Part shown: piece after piece, positions 25,882 to 34,232 of the stretch
How positions within the stretch are numbered: position 1 is the stretch's first letter
Layout of the letters: the number at the start of each line of letters is the position of its first letter
Assembly (NCBI GenBank): GCA_035703635.1
Contig: DASSXV010000044.1
Span: 54,056-118,055, forward strand
Source: Trueperaceae bacterium
GTDB taxonomy: Bacteria > Deinococcota > Deinococci > Deinococcales > Trueperaceae
DNA: 64,000 bases
Direction of reading: 5' to 3'
Notes under the pieces: model-generated
Told to the model about the DNA's origin: nothing
The model's database searches: none
The model's input: the letters and a program-made list of their open reading frames with translations, nothing else
Translations under genes and position numbers: made by a program

Positions 25882-27585
25882 TCATGTCTGGAACACCCCG
25901 AGGCGCATCTGGCCGGGCTCGGCATCTAGTGCGCACGCTTCGAGGGCGCGCACTAGCCTGTGGCGCAGTTCCGAAGGGAGGATAACCTCATCGACCCATA
26001 GCCGCGCGGCGCCGTAGCGGATGTTGAGCGCCTCGTCGTAGTCGGCACTGATGCGGGCGTGTAGCTCAGCTAGCGCCGCGTCATCCGGCTTCTCGCCCAA
26101 GCGCTCGAGCCTCGCTGCTTGAATGTCGAGAATCGTCTTGGCCGCCTGCTGGCCGCCCATGACGCTGAAGCGTGCGCTTGGCAGCGCGAAGATGAAGCGC
26201 GGCGCGTACGCCTTGCCGCTCATCGCGTAATGCCCCGCACCGTACGAGCCACCCAGGATGACGCTGATGCGCGGCACCACGCTGTTGCTCACCGCGCTGA
26301 CTAGTTTGGCGCCGCGACGGATTATCCCCTCTTGCTCGCTGTCGCGGCCAACCATGAAGCCGTTGACGTCGTGCAGGAACAAGATGGGTACGCCCGTCTG
26401 ATTGCAGTCGAGGACGAATCGGGCCGCTTTGTCGGCAGCGTCTGCATAGATCACGCCGCCTACTTCCAGCCGCCCGCCACGCTTGATCACGAGTTTCTGG
26501 TTAGCGACTATGCCTACTGGGTAACCGCCAAGGCGGCCCCATCCCGTCACCAATGTTGGGCCGTAATCGCGCTTGTACTCGTCAAGCTCTGACCCGTCTA
26601 GTAGTCGGGCAAGCACGTGGCGGACGTCGTACGTCTGGGTTCCACCGTCGACTGGGAGGATACCTTCGAGGTCGTCGTCACTCGCTAGCGGGGCAACGGG
26701 TGCCGTGCGGTGCCGGGCCCAAGGGGCCAGCGGCCGCTCCGCATACGTTGCGGCTAGACGACGCAGGCGGGCGATGGCGTGGTGGTCGTCTGGCTCCTTG
26801 AAATCCACGGTGCCAGCCAGTTCGGCGTGCATGGCGGCGCCGCCAAGCTCCTCGCTGCTGACTTCCTGGCCGATGGCCGCGCGCACCAGAGCCGGCCCCG
26901 CCAGGTAGAGGCCGGAACCTTCCGTCATGACGAGGGTGTCGCACATGACCGGCAAGTACGCGCCCCCAGCCACGCAGTTTCCCATGATGGCGGCGAGCTG
27001 TGGGATGCCGTGCGCGCTCATGCGGGCGTTCAGGTAGAACACGCGCCCGAAGTCGTCCTGATCTGGGAAGATCTCGTCTTGTAAGGGTAGGTAAACACCC
27101 GCGGAGTCGACCAGGTAGATGGTCGGTACGTGGTTCTCGAACGCTATCGTCTGCGCCCTTATGACCTTCTTCGCGGTGATCGGGTAGAACGCTCCCGCCT
27201 TGACGGTGGCGTCGTTCGCGATGATCATCCACGGTCGCCCGACAACTTGACCGATGCCGGTGACGACGCCACCCGCTGGGGCGCCGCCCTCCGCCTCGTA
27301 CATGCTGGCGCCCGCGAAGATCATGAGCTCGTCGAACTCGCTGCCCTCGTCTGTCAGCTCCGCGATGCGCTCCCTGGCCGTCAAACGCTTCTTGGCGTGC
27401 TGCCTGGCAGCCGCCGCAGCGCCGCCGCCTAGTGCGATGGTGCGACGCTGCTCTTCCACGAGTTCGCGTTCGACCCGCCACGCGCGCTTATTGGGGTGAA
27501 ACGGGGCTTCGCGCCTGCTCTCCAGCGGCACGCCCGCGCCGAGCCGCGCTAAGTCGTCAAGTGACTTGCGCTTGGCGGCGCTCAC
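25882..27585 (-). CDS. acyl-CoA carboxylase carboxyltransferase subunit (MCC/PCC beta-like)
   Basis: LTARERI, ANDATVKAGA, DSAG, GNCVAGGAY, EELGG, GFMVG, GGSYGAGHYAM, SVMGG. Confidence 0.93.
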   Translation of the reverse strand: MSAAKRKSLDDLARLGAGVPLESRREAPFHPNKRAWRVERELVEEQRRTIALGGGAAAAARQHAKKRLTARERIAELTDEGSEFDELMIFAGASMYEAEGGAPAGGVVTGIGQVVGRPWMIIANDATVKAGAFYPITAKKVIRAQTIAFENHVPTIYLVDSAGVYLPLQDEIFPDQDDFGRVFYLNARMSAHGIPQLAAIMGNCVAGGAYLPVMCDTLVMTEGSGLYLAGPALVRAAIGQEVSSEELGGAAMHAELAGTVDFKEPDDHHAIARLRRLAATYAERPLAPWARHRTAPVAPLASDDDLEGILPVDGGTQTYDVRHVLARLLDGSELDEYKRDYGPTLVTGWGRLGGYPVGIVANQKLVIKRGGRLEVGGVIYADAADKAARFVLDCNQTGVPILFLHDVNGFMVGRDSEQEGIIRRGAKLVSAVSNSVVPRISVILGGSYGAGHYAMSGKAYAPRFIFALPSARFSVMGGQQAAKTILDIQAARLERLGEKPDDAALAELHARISADYDEALNIRYGAARLWVDEVILPSELRHRLVRALEACALDAEPGQMRLGVFQT

Positions 27586-27890
27586 TTCGCTTGGGTCGCT
27601 AGCACCACCAACAGCCCACCGCCAGCGTTCTCGAGGGCGTGATCCTCTCCCGCCTCAATGGAGAGCAACTTGCCTTTGCCCAACCTAAGGGTTGCGTCGT
27701 CTACCCGCACAAGCGCCTCCCCCTCCAACACCTGGTATACGACGCTTGCGCTGGCGCTCCGAACGTCCTCCGCCTGCCCCGCCTCGAAGCAGATGAGTTC
27801 GACGGTGAGTCCGTCCTGGCTGATCAACGGTCGCCGCTGGACGCCTACGAGTGAGAAGCGGCGTGCGTCGCTTATGGTTACGGTCTTCAC
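27582..27890 (-). CDS. cupin domain protein
   Basis: CFEAGQ, YQVLEGE, H-ALEN; GGAGG SD before GTG 27890. Confidence 0.8.
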   Translation of the reverse strand: MKTVTISDARRFSLVGVQRRPLISQDGLTVELICFEAGQAEDVRSASASVVYQVLEGEALVRVDDATLRLGKGKLLSIEAGEDHALENAGGGLLVVLATQAK

Positions 27891-27957
27891 GTTGTCCTCC
27901 CAAGGGTCGGTAGTGCGGAACGCTGTAAAGCAAGCGTACATCGCGGCCGCCGCCGCA

Positions 27958-28175
27958 TGTGGAAAAGAGCGCGAGGACTGTGGATAACCGCAGACGCTTG
28001 ACACGGGCGCGCCGAACTTGGTATGTGACTCACCCCACACTCCCATATCGAGTAACACCGTCAGGGACGCAAGGACCGAGATTCTCCCGTCGCCATCGGA
28101 CTGTCATGGAAGGGGCCCATGGGTGGTGTCAGCTTGTCCACAACCCTGTGGAGAACTAGTCGGCTTTGTGGATAA
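27958..28175. repeat. cluster of five DnaA-box-like 9-mers
   Basis: TGTGGAAAA 27958, TGTGGATAA 27979, TTGTCCACA 28134, TGTGGAGAA 28147, TGTGGATAA 28167 (two perfect, three with one mismatch). Confidence 0.7.
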
Positions 28176-28219
28176 CTACGTTAGTGCGATGGTCACGGGA
28201 GGAGGAGCCAACCGCAGCG

Positions 28220-28900
28220 TCACCGGTCCAACCACTGACGGTTAGAGGCGCCGCGCGCCGCTTCGACGAACGCGTATACGGCGGCGGCATCCTTGACACC
28301 AGGGCGCGCTTCCACCCCGCTCGCCACATCTACCGCGTAAGGCCGTAACGTCCTCACTGCCACCGCTACGTTGCCTACGTTCAGACCTCCAGCGAGTATC
28401 AACCGTGGGTTGCCTCGCCAGGCGGCCGCCGTTTCCCACTCGAACGCAACACCTGAACCTGGCCGCGGGGCATCGAGGAGGTACCCGTCAGCGGGGTAGG
28501 TGGCCATGCTCTCTGGCGTAACCGCCGGTGAGAACGCCACGGCGCGCACCACGCGGGCTTCGCGCCCGATCCGCTCGGCGTACTCTGCGCTCTCGTTGCC
28601 GTGGAGTTGCACTGCGTTCAAGCGCAGGACCTTAACTAGTTCAAGCACTTCTGCCAGATCGGCGTCGACGAACACCCCCACGCGCGTGATGAAAGGCCCG
28701 ACAGCCGCCACCACCTCCGCCGCACCCTCGCGAGTGATCTGGCGTTTGGAGTCCGGGACGAATATCAACCCGATGGCGTCGGCCCCAGCGCGTTCCGCGA
28801 CCTCGGCATCTTCAGGGCGCGTGATGCCACAGACCTTTATCCGTACGTAACTGCGTCCGGCCTGACCGACCATCCTGGCCTTCCGTGGCGGCAAGTTCAT
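28220..28900 (-). CDS. trpF: phosphoribosylanthranilate isomerase
   Basis: IKVCGIT, SKRQI, VGVFVD, VQLHGNE, GSG..F.W, LAGGL, VDVASGVE; exact start uncertain. Confidence 0.93.
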   Translation of the reverse strand: MNLPPRKARMVGQAGRSYVRIKVCGITRPEDAEVAERAGADAIGLIFVPDSKRQITREGAAEVVAAVGPFITRVGVFVDADLAEVLELVKVLRLNAVQLHGNESAEYAERIGREARVVRAVAFSPAVTPESMATYPADGYLLDAPRPGSGVAFEWETAAAWRGNPRLILAGGLNVGNVAVAVRTLRPYAVDVASGVEARPGVKDAAAVYAFVEAARGASNRQWLDR

Positions 28901-29259
28901 CACCCGATGTCCTTGCTGTGCTCTAGTCGATAGGAGCGCTCGTCGCCGAGGATAGTCACTGCGTCGAACCGCAAGTTAGCGTCCGGCTGGCGCAGGACAT
29001 AGGTAACGTAATGAAGCGCCGTCTGTTGCACGCGCTTGAGCTTACGGGCATCGAGCACTTCGGCAGGGTGGCCGTAGCGCGCGTCCTTGCGTTGCTTCAC
29101 TTCTAGAACGACGACGGTGCTGCCTTCAAGCATCACCAAGTCTAGTTCTCCGCCCCTAAGGCGATAGTTGCTCGCCAGGTGCCTCAGGCCGCGGCCCTCT
29201 AAGTGGGCGCGGGCGACCCGCTCGGCCCAGTGGGGCGAGTGGGTGCGCGCGTCCTCCAT
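28900..29259 (-). CDS. yraN: YraN family putative endonuclease
   Basis: AERVA..HL, NYR...GELDLV, EVKQR, RFDAV. Confidence 0.88.
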   Translation of the reverse strand: MEDARTHSPHWAERVARAHLEGRGLRHLASNYRLRGGELDLVMLEGSTVVVLEVKQRKDARYGHPAEVLDARKLKRVQQTALHYVTYVLRQPDANLRFDAVTILGDERSYRLEHSKDIG

Positions 29260-29756
29260 CAGATCGGCGTTACTTCCACGCGTTGAGCGTCTGCCCAGAG
29301 GCCTTCGAGGTCGTAGAAGTCCCTAGCTTCCGGGCTCATGAGGTGCACGACGACGGGACCGTAATCGAGGAGAACCCAACGGTCAGACGGACCCTCAACC
29401 CCGCGAGGGAGCCTGCCTTCCAGCTTCTGCTGGTAGTGAACGGACTCCTCGAGCGCCCGGAGTTGCAGGCTGGATTCGCCCGTGGCGACGATGAAGCAGT
29501 CGAGCGATTCGGATACGCCGCGCAGGTCAAGCACGACGACGTCAACGGCGCGCCTGTCGTCAAGGACGTTGACGATGCTCTGAACGCCCTCCGGCAAGTC
29601 GGCGATAGTCGATGGAGCCGCCTGGGTTATGGCGCTCTGCGTTACGACTTCATTGTTTTCGCTTCGGTCAGTAGTCAAGGTGAATTCCTTCTGCGGTTGC
29701 CCGCCAGCCTGGCGGTTGTCCGCCATCCTGGCGGTGTCCGCCACGCCTGTCTTCAT
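29259..29756 (-). CDS. rsfS: ribosome silencing factor
   Basis: DVVVLDL, FIVATG.S, EG...WVLLDYG.VVVHLM..EARDFYDLEGLW; start may be internal. Confidence 0.9.
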   Translation of the reverse strand: MKTGVADTARMADNRQAGGQPQKEFTLTTDRSENNEVVTQSAITQAAPSTIADLPEGVQSIVNVLDDRRAVDVVVLDLRGVSESLDCFIVATGESSLQLRALEESVHYQQKLEGRLPRGVEGPSDRWVLLDYGPVVVHLMSPEARDFYDLEGLWADAQRVEVTPI

Positions 29757-31048
29757 TCGGCCGTGCCTGCTTGCGCCACGGTGTGGTCGGTTGTGAGAGC
29801 CGTGCGCGCCATGGCGTCGGCGCCGAGCACGAGTTCTAGGTTGACGGTGCGCCGTTGCACCGTGTTGAAACGGTCGATCTGCTGCTTACCTACGTTCAAT
29901 AGGCTTGCGAAGTAGTCAGCGTCTTGCCACGAGTCCAGGGTAGCTAGAAGCCGCGTTGGGGTAGCGTCTACGTCGCCAGAGCGGACGATGACGTTGGCGG
30001 CAGGCACACCTAACGCCACGAGATTGTGTTGGTACCAGTCGAGCGCCCCAGGCACGCCGCTGTGGTCGGTGATCAGGATGGTGAGTTCCGGGGCGGTCGT
30101 GAACTCTCTGGCAACGCCGCCGAACGTCGCTGCCATGAAAGCGTTCACCGTCGCTGGGTCGTACTCGACGGCTCCACGGACCACGAGGCTATCCACGTTG
30201 GGCAGGGTGGCCGTCGTCGTTAGCTCCAGCGCGTTCATCCGTAGCCCGAGTTCGCGAGCGAGGGCCGGGCTGGCGTTCGTTTCAACGTCCTTGAAGAAAG
30301 TGTCGACGAGCTCTGGGAGCTTGACGACAGCGCGAACGTTCAACTCCTTGATGCGTTGCAGCAAGGCGTACGCGAGGCGCTTCACGTTATCCAACCGGTC
30401 GATGTCGCCCCTGAGCGAGTGGCGGAACCGGATGAACTCGCTAGCTGCCTTGCCGTCCATCTGCTGCGGGCCTGCCTTGAAGTGAATGTGCAGCTTGCCA
30501 ACGTTGTCGTCGTAATCCATGTTGTACGGCACGTCGACTTCGACGCCGCCTAGTGCGTCAACCAGGTTCTGGAACACGTCGAGCTTCACGATGACGTAGT
30601 AATCGATGGGCACGCCGAGGACGGTCTCGACTTGCTTCAGGAGGCCCTCTGCGCCAGAACGCTGGTAGATGGTGTTTATGCGGCGCTGATCGGCGACCAA
30701 CAAGTCGCGTGGCACGGCGATGACGGAGATAGCGTCACCGTGCACGTCGACGTACAGGATGGTATCGGTGCTGGCGCCGTCCGTCCCGCGGAAGCCGCTG
30801 AAGTTCCAACCTTTGATCGTGCCGTCCTGGCGGTAGATGGGTACGGAAGGGCTGTCGTCGTACACGATGTCACGGCCGGCGACAACGAAGCTCGCATGGA
30901 ACTCGTTCGGTTGCAGCCCTAGAAGCTTGCGGTGGTCGTCGCTTAGGACCTTGCGGTCGACGTCACGCGTTAACCAGAAACCGACTAGGCCGGCCAGCGC
31001 CACGAGGACGCCGAGTAGGGTTACGAGGCGCGAGGTGCGGCGCGTCAT
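29753..31048 (-). CDS. LCP (LytR-CpsA-Psr) family protein with LytR C-terminal domain
   Basis: N-terminal TM, TDTI, VPRD, LVDALGGV, FIRFRH...GDIDR, LVLGAD. Confidence 0.88.
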   Translation of the reverse strand: MTRRTSRLVTLLGVLVALAGLVGFWLTRDVDRKVLSDDHRKLLGLQPNEFHASFVVAGRDIVYDDSPSVPIYRQDGTIKGWNFSGFRGTDGASTDTILYVDVHGDAISVIAVPRDLLVADQRRINTIYQRSGAEGLLKQVETVLGVPIDYYVIVKLDVFQNLVDALGGVEVDVPYNMDYDDNVGKLHIHFKAGPQQMDGKAASEFIRFRHSLRGDIDRLDNVKRLAYALLQRIKELNVRAVVKLPELVDTFFKDVETNASPALARELGLRMNALELTTTATLPNVDSLVVRGAVEYDPATVNAFMAATFGGVAREFTTAPELTILITDHSGVPGALDWYQHNLVALGVPAANVIVRSGDVDATPTRLLATLDSWQDADYFASLLNVGKQQIDRFNTVQRRTVNLELVLGADAMARTALTTDHTVAQAGTAE

Positions 31049-31683
31049 GTTGGCTCCGCGTTGAGGCTGTGAAAGACGCTGAGGGTGTCCGGGTGGATGG
31101 CCTTGCCCGCGTCCCGCAGGTACTCGACCTTGGATGCGACCGCGCGCCGGTAGGCCGACTCGAGGTCGTGCATGGCCAGCTCGCGGAGGTCATCATTGAC
31201 GCCACGGCCGGGTTCACAGACGTCTGCGACGTACACGCACATGCCAACACGGTGCCCTAGCGGAACCCCGAAGACGTGACCATCGATGGCCTCGAGGACT
31301 ACCTGGTCGGTCACACCCCATGTTGCCGCCAACTGCTTGCTAGCACGACCGTGGAGGGTAAGGGGGTGGCTGGCCTCGAACTCGTCTACCGGCTGACCCA
31401 ACCGCAATAGCTCCTCATCAGGCAAGTCTCTGGCGGCGTCATGCAGGATGGCAGCCAACGCGATCCGATCACGATCGACCTGCGACAGCCCGTTTGCCTC
31501 CGCGATGGCAACAGCGGTTTCCGTCACGCGCTCGATGTGACCGAAGCGCTCGGCGCTGACGAGTTCGCGCACGTGGCTGCAGTATGGCGCCAGTTCGGCA
31601 GAGGCGCACACGCCTTGGTGCAGCTGGTCAGCGTTGCCGCTTTCCGAATGGTGCTGTGGTTGTCTAGCCGTCTCTTTGGTCAT
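31045..31683 (-). CDS. yqeK: HD-domain Ap4A hydrolase YqeK
   Basis: RFGH, AAILHDAAR, LHG, AIDGH, VYVADVCEPGR. Confidence 0.85.
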   Translation of the reverse strand: MTKETARQPQHHSESGNADQLHQGVCASAELAPYCSHVRELVSAERFGHIERVTETAVAIAEANGLSQVDRDRIALAAILHDAARDLPDEELLRLGQPVDEFEASHPLTLHGRASKQLAATWGVTDQVVLEAIDGHVFGVPLGHRVGMCVYVADVCEPGRGVNDDLRELAMHDLESAYRRAVASKVEYLRDAGKAIHPDTLSVFHSLNAEPT

Positions 31684-31782
31684 GGTGGTGATAGTCGACC
31701 GACTGGCGATGTTGCCCGAAGGGGTACCTAACTCTCCTCCCAAGCCGCCGCGCTGCGGCGCTGAGGAAAAGTTAGCACGCGC

Positions 31783-33240
31783 TTAAGGCTCCCCCGAGTC
31801 GTCCTCGGCAATTACCGAGTCGTTCTCGGCAGCTGCCCACTCATCCTCGGCTCCTGCCGCCTGACCCTCGGCGGCAACTTCGCTGTCCGAGCCGCCTTCG
31901 TCATCGCCCGCGGCGCGCGCCCGGTCGTCGAGATAGCGCTTGCCGGCGCGTTCGGCGTCCGTTTGGGTCGGGGTCGAAGTGTCTGCAGCGGTGTCATCGA
32001 AGTAGTCGAACACGGCCGCGCCGATCTGGACCTCCTCACCGGACTGCACGCCCGCACGCTTCAACAACTGGTAGAGACCGTGGTTCCTGAAGTGGTATTG
32101 CAGGTACGCAACGGCTTCAGGGTTGACGGCGTCGAAGCGCGCAACGACCTCCTCGAGTTCACTGCCTGTCACGATCCAGCCGTTGCCCGTCATGTCGCGC
32201 CTGATCTCGATCGGCGTTACCTGCACGCGCCGCGGCCCCATCCCCGTCACTGGCTTCGGGCGCGGTGGGAGGAGCACGAACAGGGTGGCGCGCAACGCTT
32301 CGACGCCCGAGCCCTCAAGAGCTGAGATGGCAACCAACGGCAAGCCAGCCGTGGCAAGCTCCCGCTCCTTGACCGCCAACTCGTCGGCGTCCACCAGATC
32401 GGTCTTGTTCAACACGATCAGTGCAGGGCGTTCGAGCAGCTCGGGGTCGTACTCGCGCAGTTCGAGGCGCAAAGCGTCAAGGGTGGCCAATGGCTCGTCC
32501 GCAACGTCCAGCACGTAAACGAGCAGGCGAGTACGGGAGATGTGCCTGAGGAACTCGAGACCAAGGCCCTTACCCTTGTGGGCGTCCTCGATGATGCCGG
32601 GGATGTCGGCCATCGTGAAGCGCTGCATGTCCAGGTCGACGACGCCGAGGTTCGGGCTGAGGGTAGTGAAGGGGTAAGAAGCGATCACCGGCCGCGAGTT
32701 CGACAACACGGCGAGGAGGCTCGACTTGCCCGCGTTAGGGTAGCCGACGAGGCCGACATCCGCGATAGTCCTAAGTTCTAGGCGCAGCAGGCGCGACTCA
32801 CCGAGCGTGCCCTTCTCCGAGAAGCGCGGCGCGCGACGTGTGGAGTGAGCGAAAGCCGCGTTACCGCGTCCGCCGACGCCACCTGCGGCGACGACAGCCG
32901 TCTGCCCAACTTCGATCAGGTCGGCGATGAGCTCGCCAGTCGCGACGTCCGTTGCCATCGTGCCGACCGGCACGTCGACGTACAGGTCCTCGCCGCTGAG
33001 GCCCGCCTTGTTGCGCCCCTCACCCTGCTTGCCTACCTGTGCGCGGAACTGCGTGCGCCCGACGAGCTTCGAAAGCGACGTGATGTCGTCGACCGCACGC
33101 AGGTAGATGGAGCCACCGCGACCGCCGTGACCGCCGTCCGGACCGCCCTTGGGTATGTACTTGAGGCGCATGAAGGAGAGGCCGCCATCGCCGCCTTTTC
33201 CTCCCTGAACCTGGATGTCGAGCACGTCACGGAAAGCCAT
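31783..33240 (-). CDS. obgE: GTPase Obg/CgtA (C-terminal DUF1967 and acidic tail)
   Basis: [43 protein letters not shown]. Confidence 0.97.
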   Translation of the reverse strand: MAFRDVLDIQVQGGKGGDGGLSFMRLKYIPKGGPDGGHGGRGGSIYLRAVDDITSLSKLVGRTQFRAQVGKQGEGRNKAGLSGEDLYVDVPVGTMATDVATGELIADLIEVGQTAVVAAGGVGGRGNAAFAHSTRRAPRFSEKGTLGESRLLRLELRTIADVGLVGYPNAGKSSLLAVLSNSRPVIASYPFTTLSPNLGVVDLDMQRFTMADIPGIIEDAHKGKGLGLEFLRHISRTRLLVYVLDVADEPLATLDALRLELREYDPELLERPALIVLNKTDLVDADELAVKERELATAGLPLVAISALEGSGVEALRATLFVLLPPRPKPVTGMGPRRVQVTPIEIRRDMTGNGWIVTGSELEEVVARFDAVNPEAVAYLQYHFRNHGLYQLLKRAGVQSGEEVQIGAAVFDYFDDTAADTSTPTQTDAERAGKRYLDDRARAAGDDEGGSDSEVAAEGQAAGAEDEWAAAENDSVIAEDDSGEP

Positions 33241-33364
33241 TCAGTATCGCCCTAACGAGAACGCGGCCCCACCAGGAGCCGCGTTCGAGAATGTCCGGTG
33301 AGTCTGCCAGCCGCCGCGCGCGTCCAGCGCGAAAACAGGGCGCCGCTCGCGCAAGGCTGAGAGA

Positions 33365-33640
33365 TCAGTCGGCTGCGACCGCTTCGACAGCAGTCTCAAT
33401 GCTGATGAAGCGGCCCTTGTCGCCTTTGTTGTGGAAGCGTACGACCCCGTCGCGGAGTGCGAAGAGCGTGAAATCAGAGCCAAGACCGACGTTGCGGCCA
33501 GGGTGAAAGCGCGTGCCGCGCTGGCGAACGAGGATGTTGCCCGCGAGAACGACCTGACCATCGAAACGCTTGACGCCGAGGCGCTGGGAGTTGGAGTCGC
33601 GTCCGTTGCGAGTGCTACCGACGCCTTTCTTGTGAGCCAT
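33365..33640 (-). CDS. rpmA: 50S ribosomal protein L27
   Basis: [32 protein letters not shown]. Confidence 0.98.
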   Translation of the reverse strand: MAHKKGVGSTRNGRDSNSQRLGVKRFDGQVVLAGNILVRQRGTRFHPGRNVGLGSDFTLFALRDGVVRFHNKGDKGRFISIETAVEAVAAD

Positions 33641-33658
33641 CTGCTTCTCCTAGTTGCC

Positions 33659-33964
33659 TCAGCCGCGGATGCTGGTGATCCGCACGCTGGTGAACTCTTG
33701 CCTGTGGCCGATGTGGCGGCGATAGTTCGCCTTGGCCTTGAACTTGTAGATATGAATCTTCTCGCCGCGGCCGTGCCCGATGACTTCGGCCTGCACGCTA
33801 GCGCCGTCCACGTGAGGAGCACCCACCTTGACGGCCTCGCCGCCGACTAGCAGCACCGGCAGTTCAAGGGTGGCGCCCGGCTCCGCGGCGACCTTCTCGA
33901 CCCTTAGCACGTCGCCTTCGGCCACGCGGTACTGCTTGCCGCCCGCTTCAACAATTGCGAACAT
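33659..33964 (-). CDS. rplU: 50S ribosomal protein L21
   Basis: MFAIVEAGGKQYRV, GHRQEFT; GGAGG SD. Confidence 0.98.
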   Translation of the reverse strand: MFAIVEAGGKQYRVAEGDVLRVEKVAAEPGATLELPVLLVGGEAVKVGAPHVDGASVQAEVIGHGRGEKIHIYKFKAKANYRRHIGHRQEFTSVRITSIRG

Positions 33965-34083
33965 CTTCCGACCTCCGGTGCCCGACCTCGTGCGCCTGAC
34001 GGCACCAATGTCAGCCCTAATGGGCACACTGCGCTCAGGACTCGCCTCCTGTGAGCCGGTCCGAGCGTCGAACACAGAGTATA
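33965..34083 (-). promoter_or_regulatory. structured 5' leader of rplU-rpmA
   Basis: TATACT (34083-34078) followed by ~110 nt with stems CGCTCGGAC/GTCCTGAGCG and CTGAC/GTCAG. Confidence 0.45.
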
Positions 34084-34232
34084 GACGAGAAGACCGTCAA
34101 CATACAACTAGTCGCAGGGGCGCAGGCTATTGGGTCTGGGCACCAGCCTACTCTGAGTAGGCGCGCGCCTAGCTCCCCTAGTCCATCGCCGCTGGTCTCA
34201 CATGTGCGGGGCTGCTAGCATCGCCACCTGAT

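Noticed and set aside
28031..28046. CCCCACACTCCCA as MraZ-type GTGGG repeats
   Set aside because: Only two irregular copies and no mraZ/dcw cluster nearby
27958..28175. Calling the DnaA-box cluster oriC
   Set aside because: No dnaA/dnaN, no clear AT-rich unwinding element, no change in gene orientation; kept only as a box cluster
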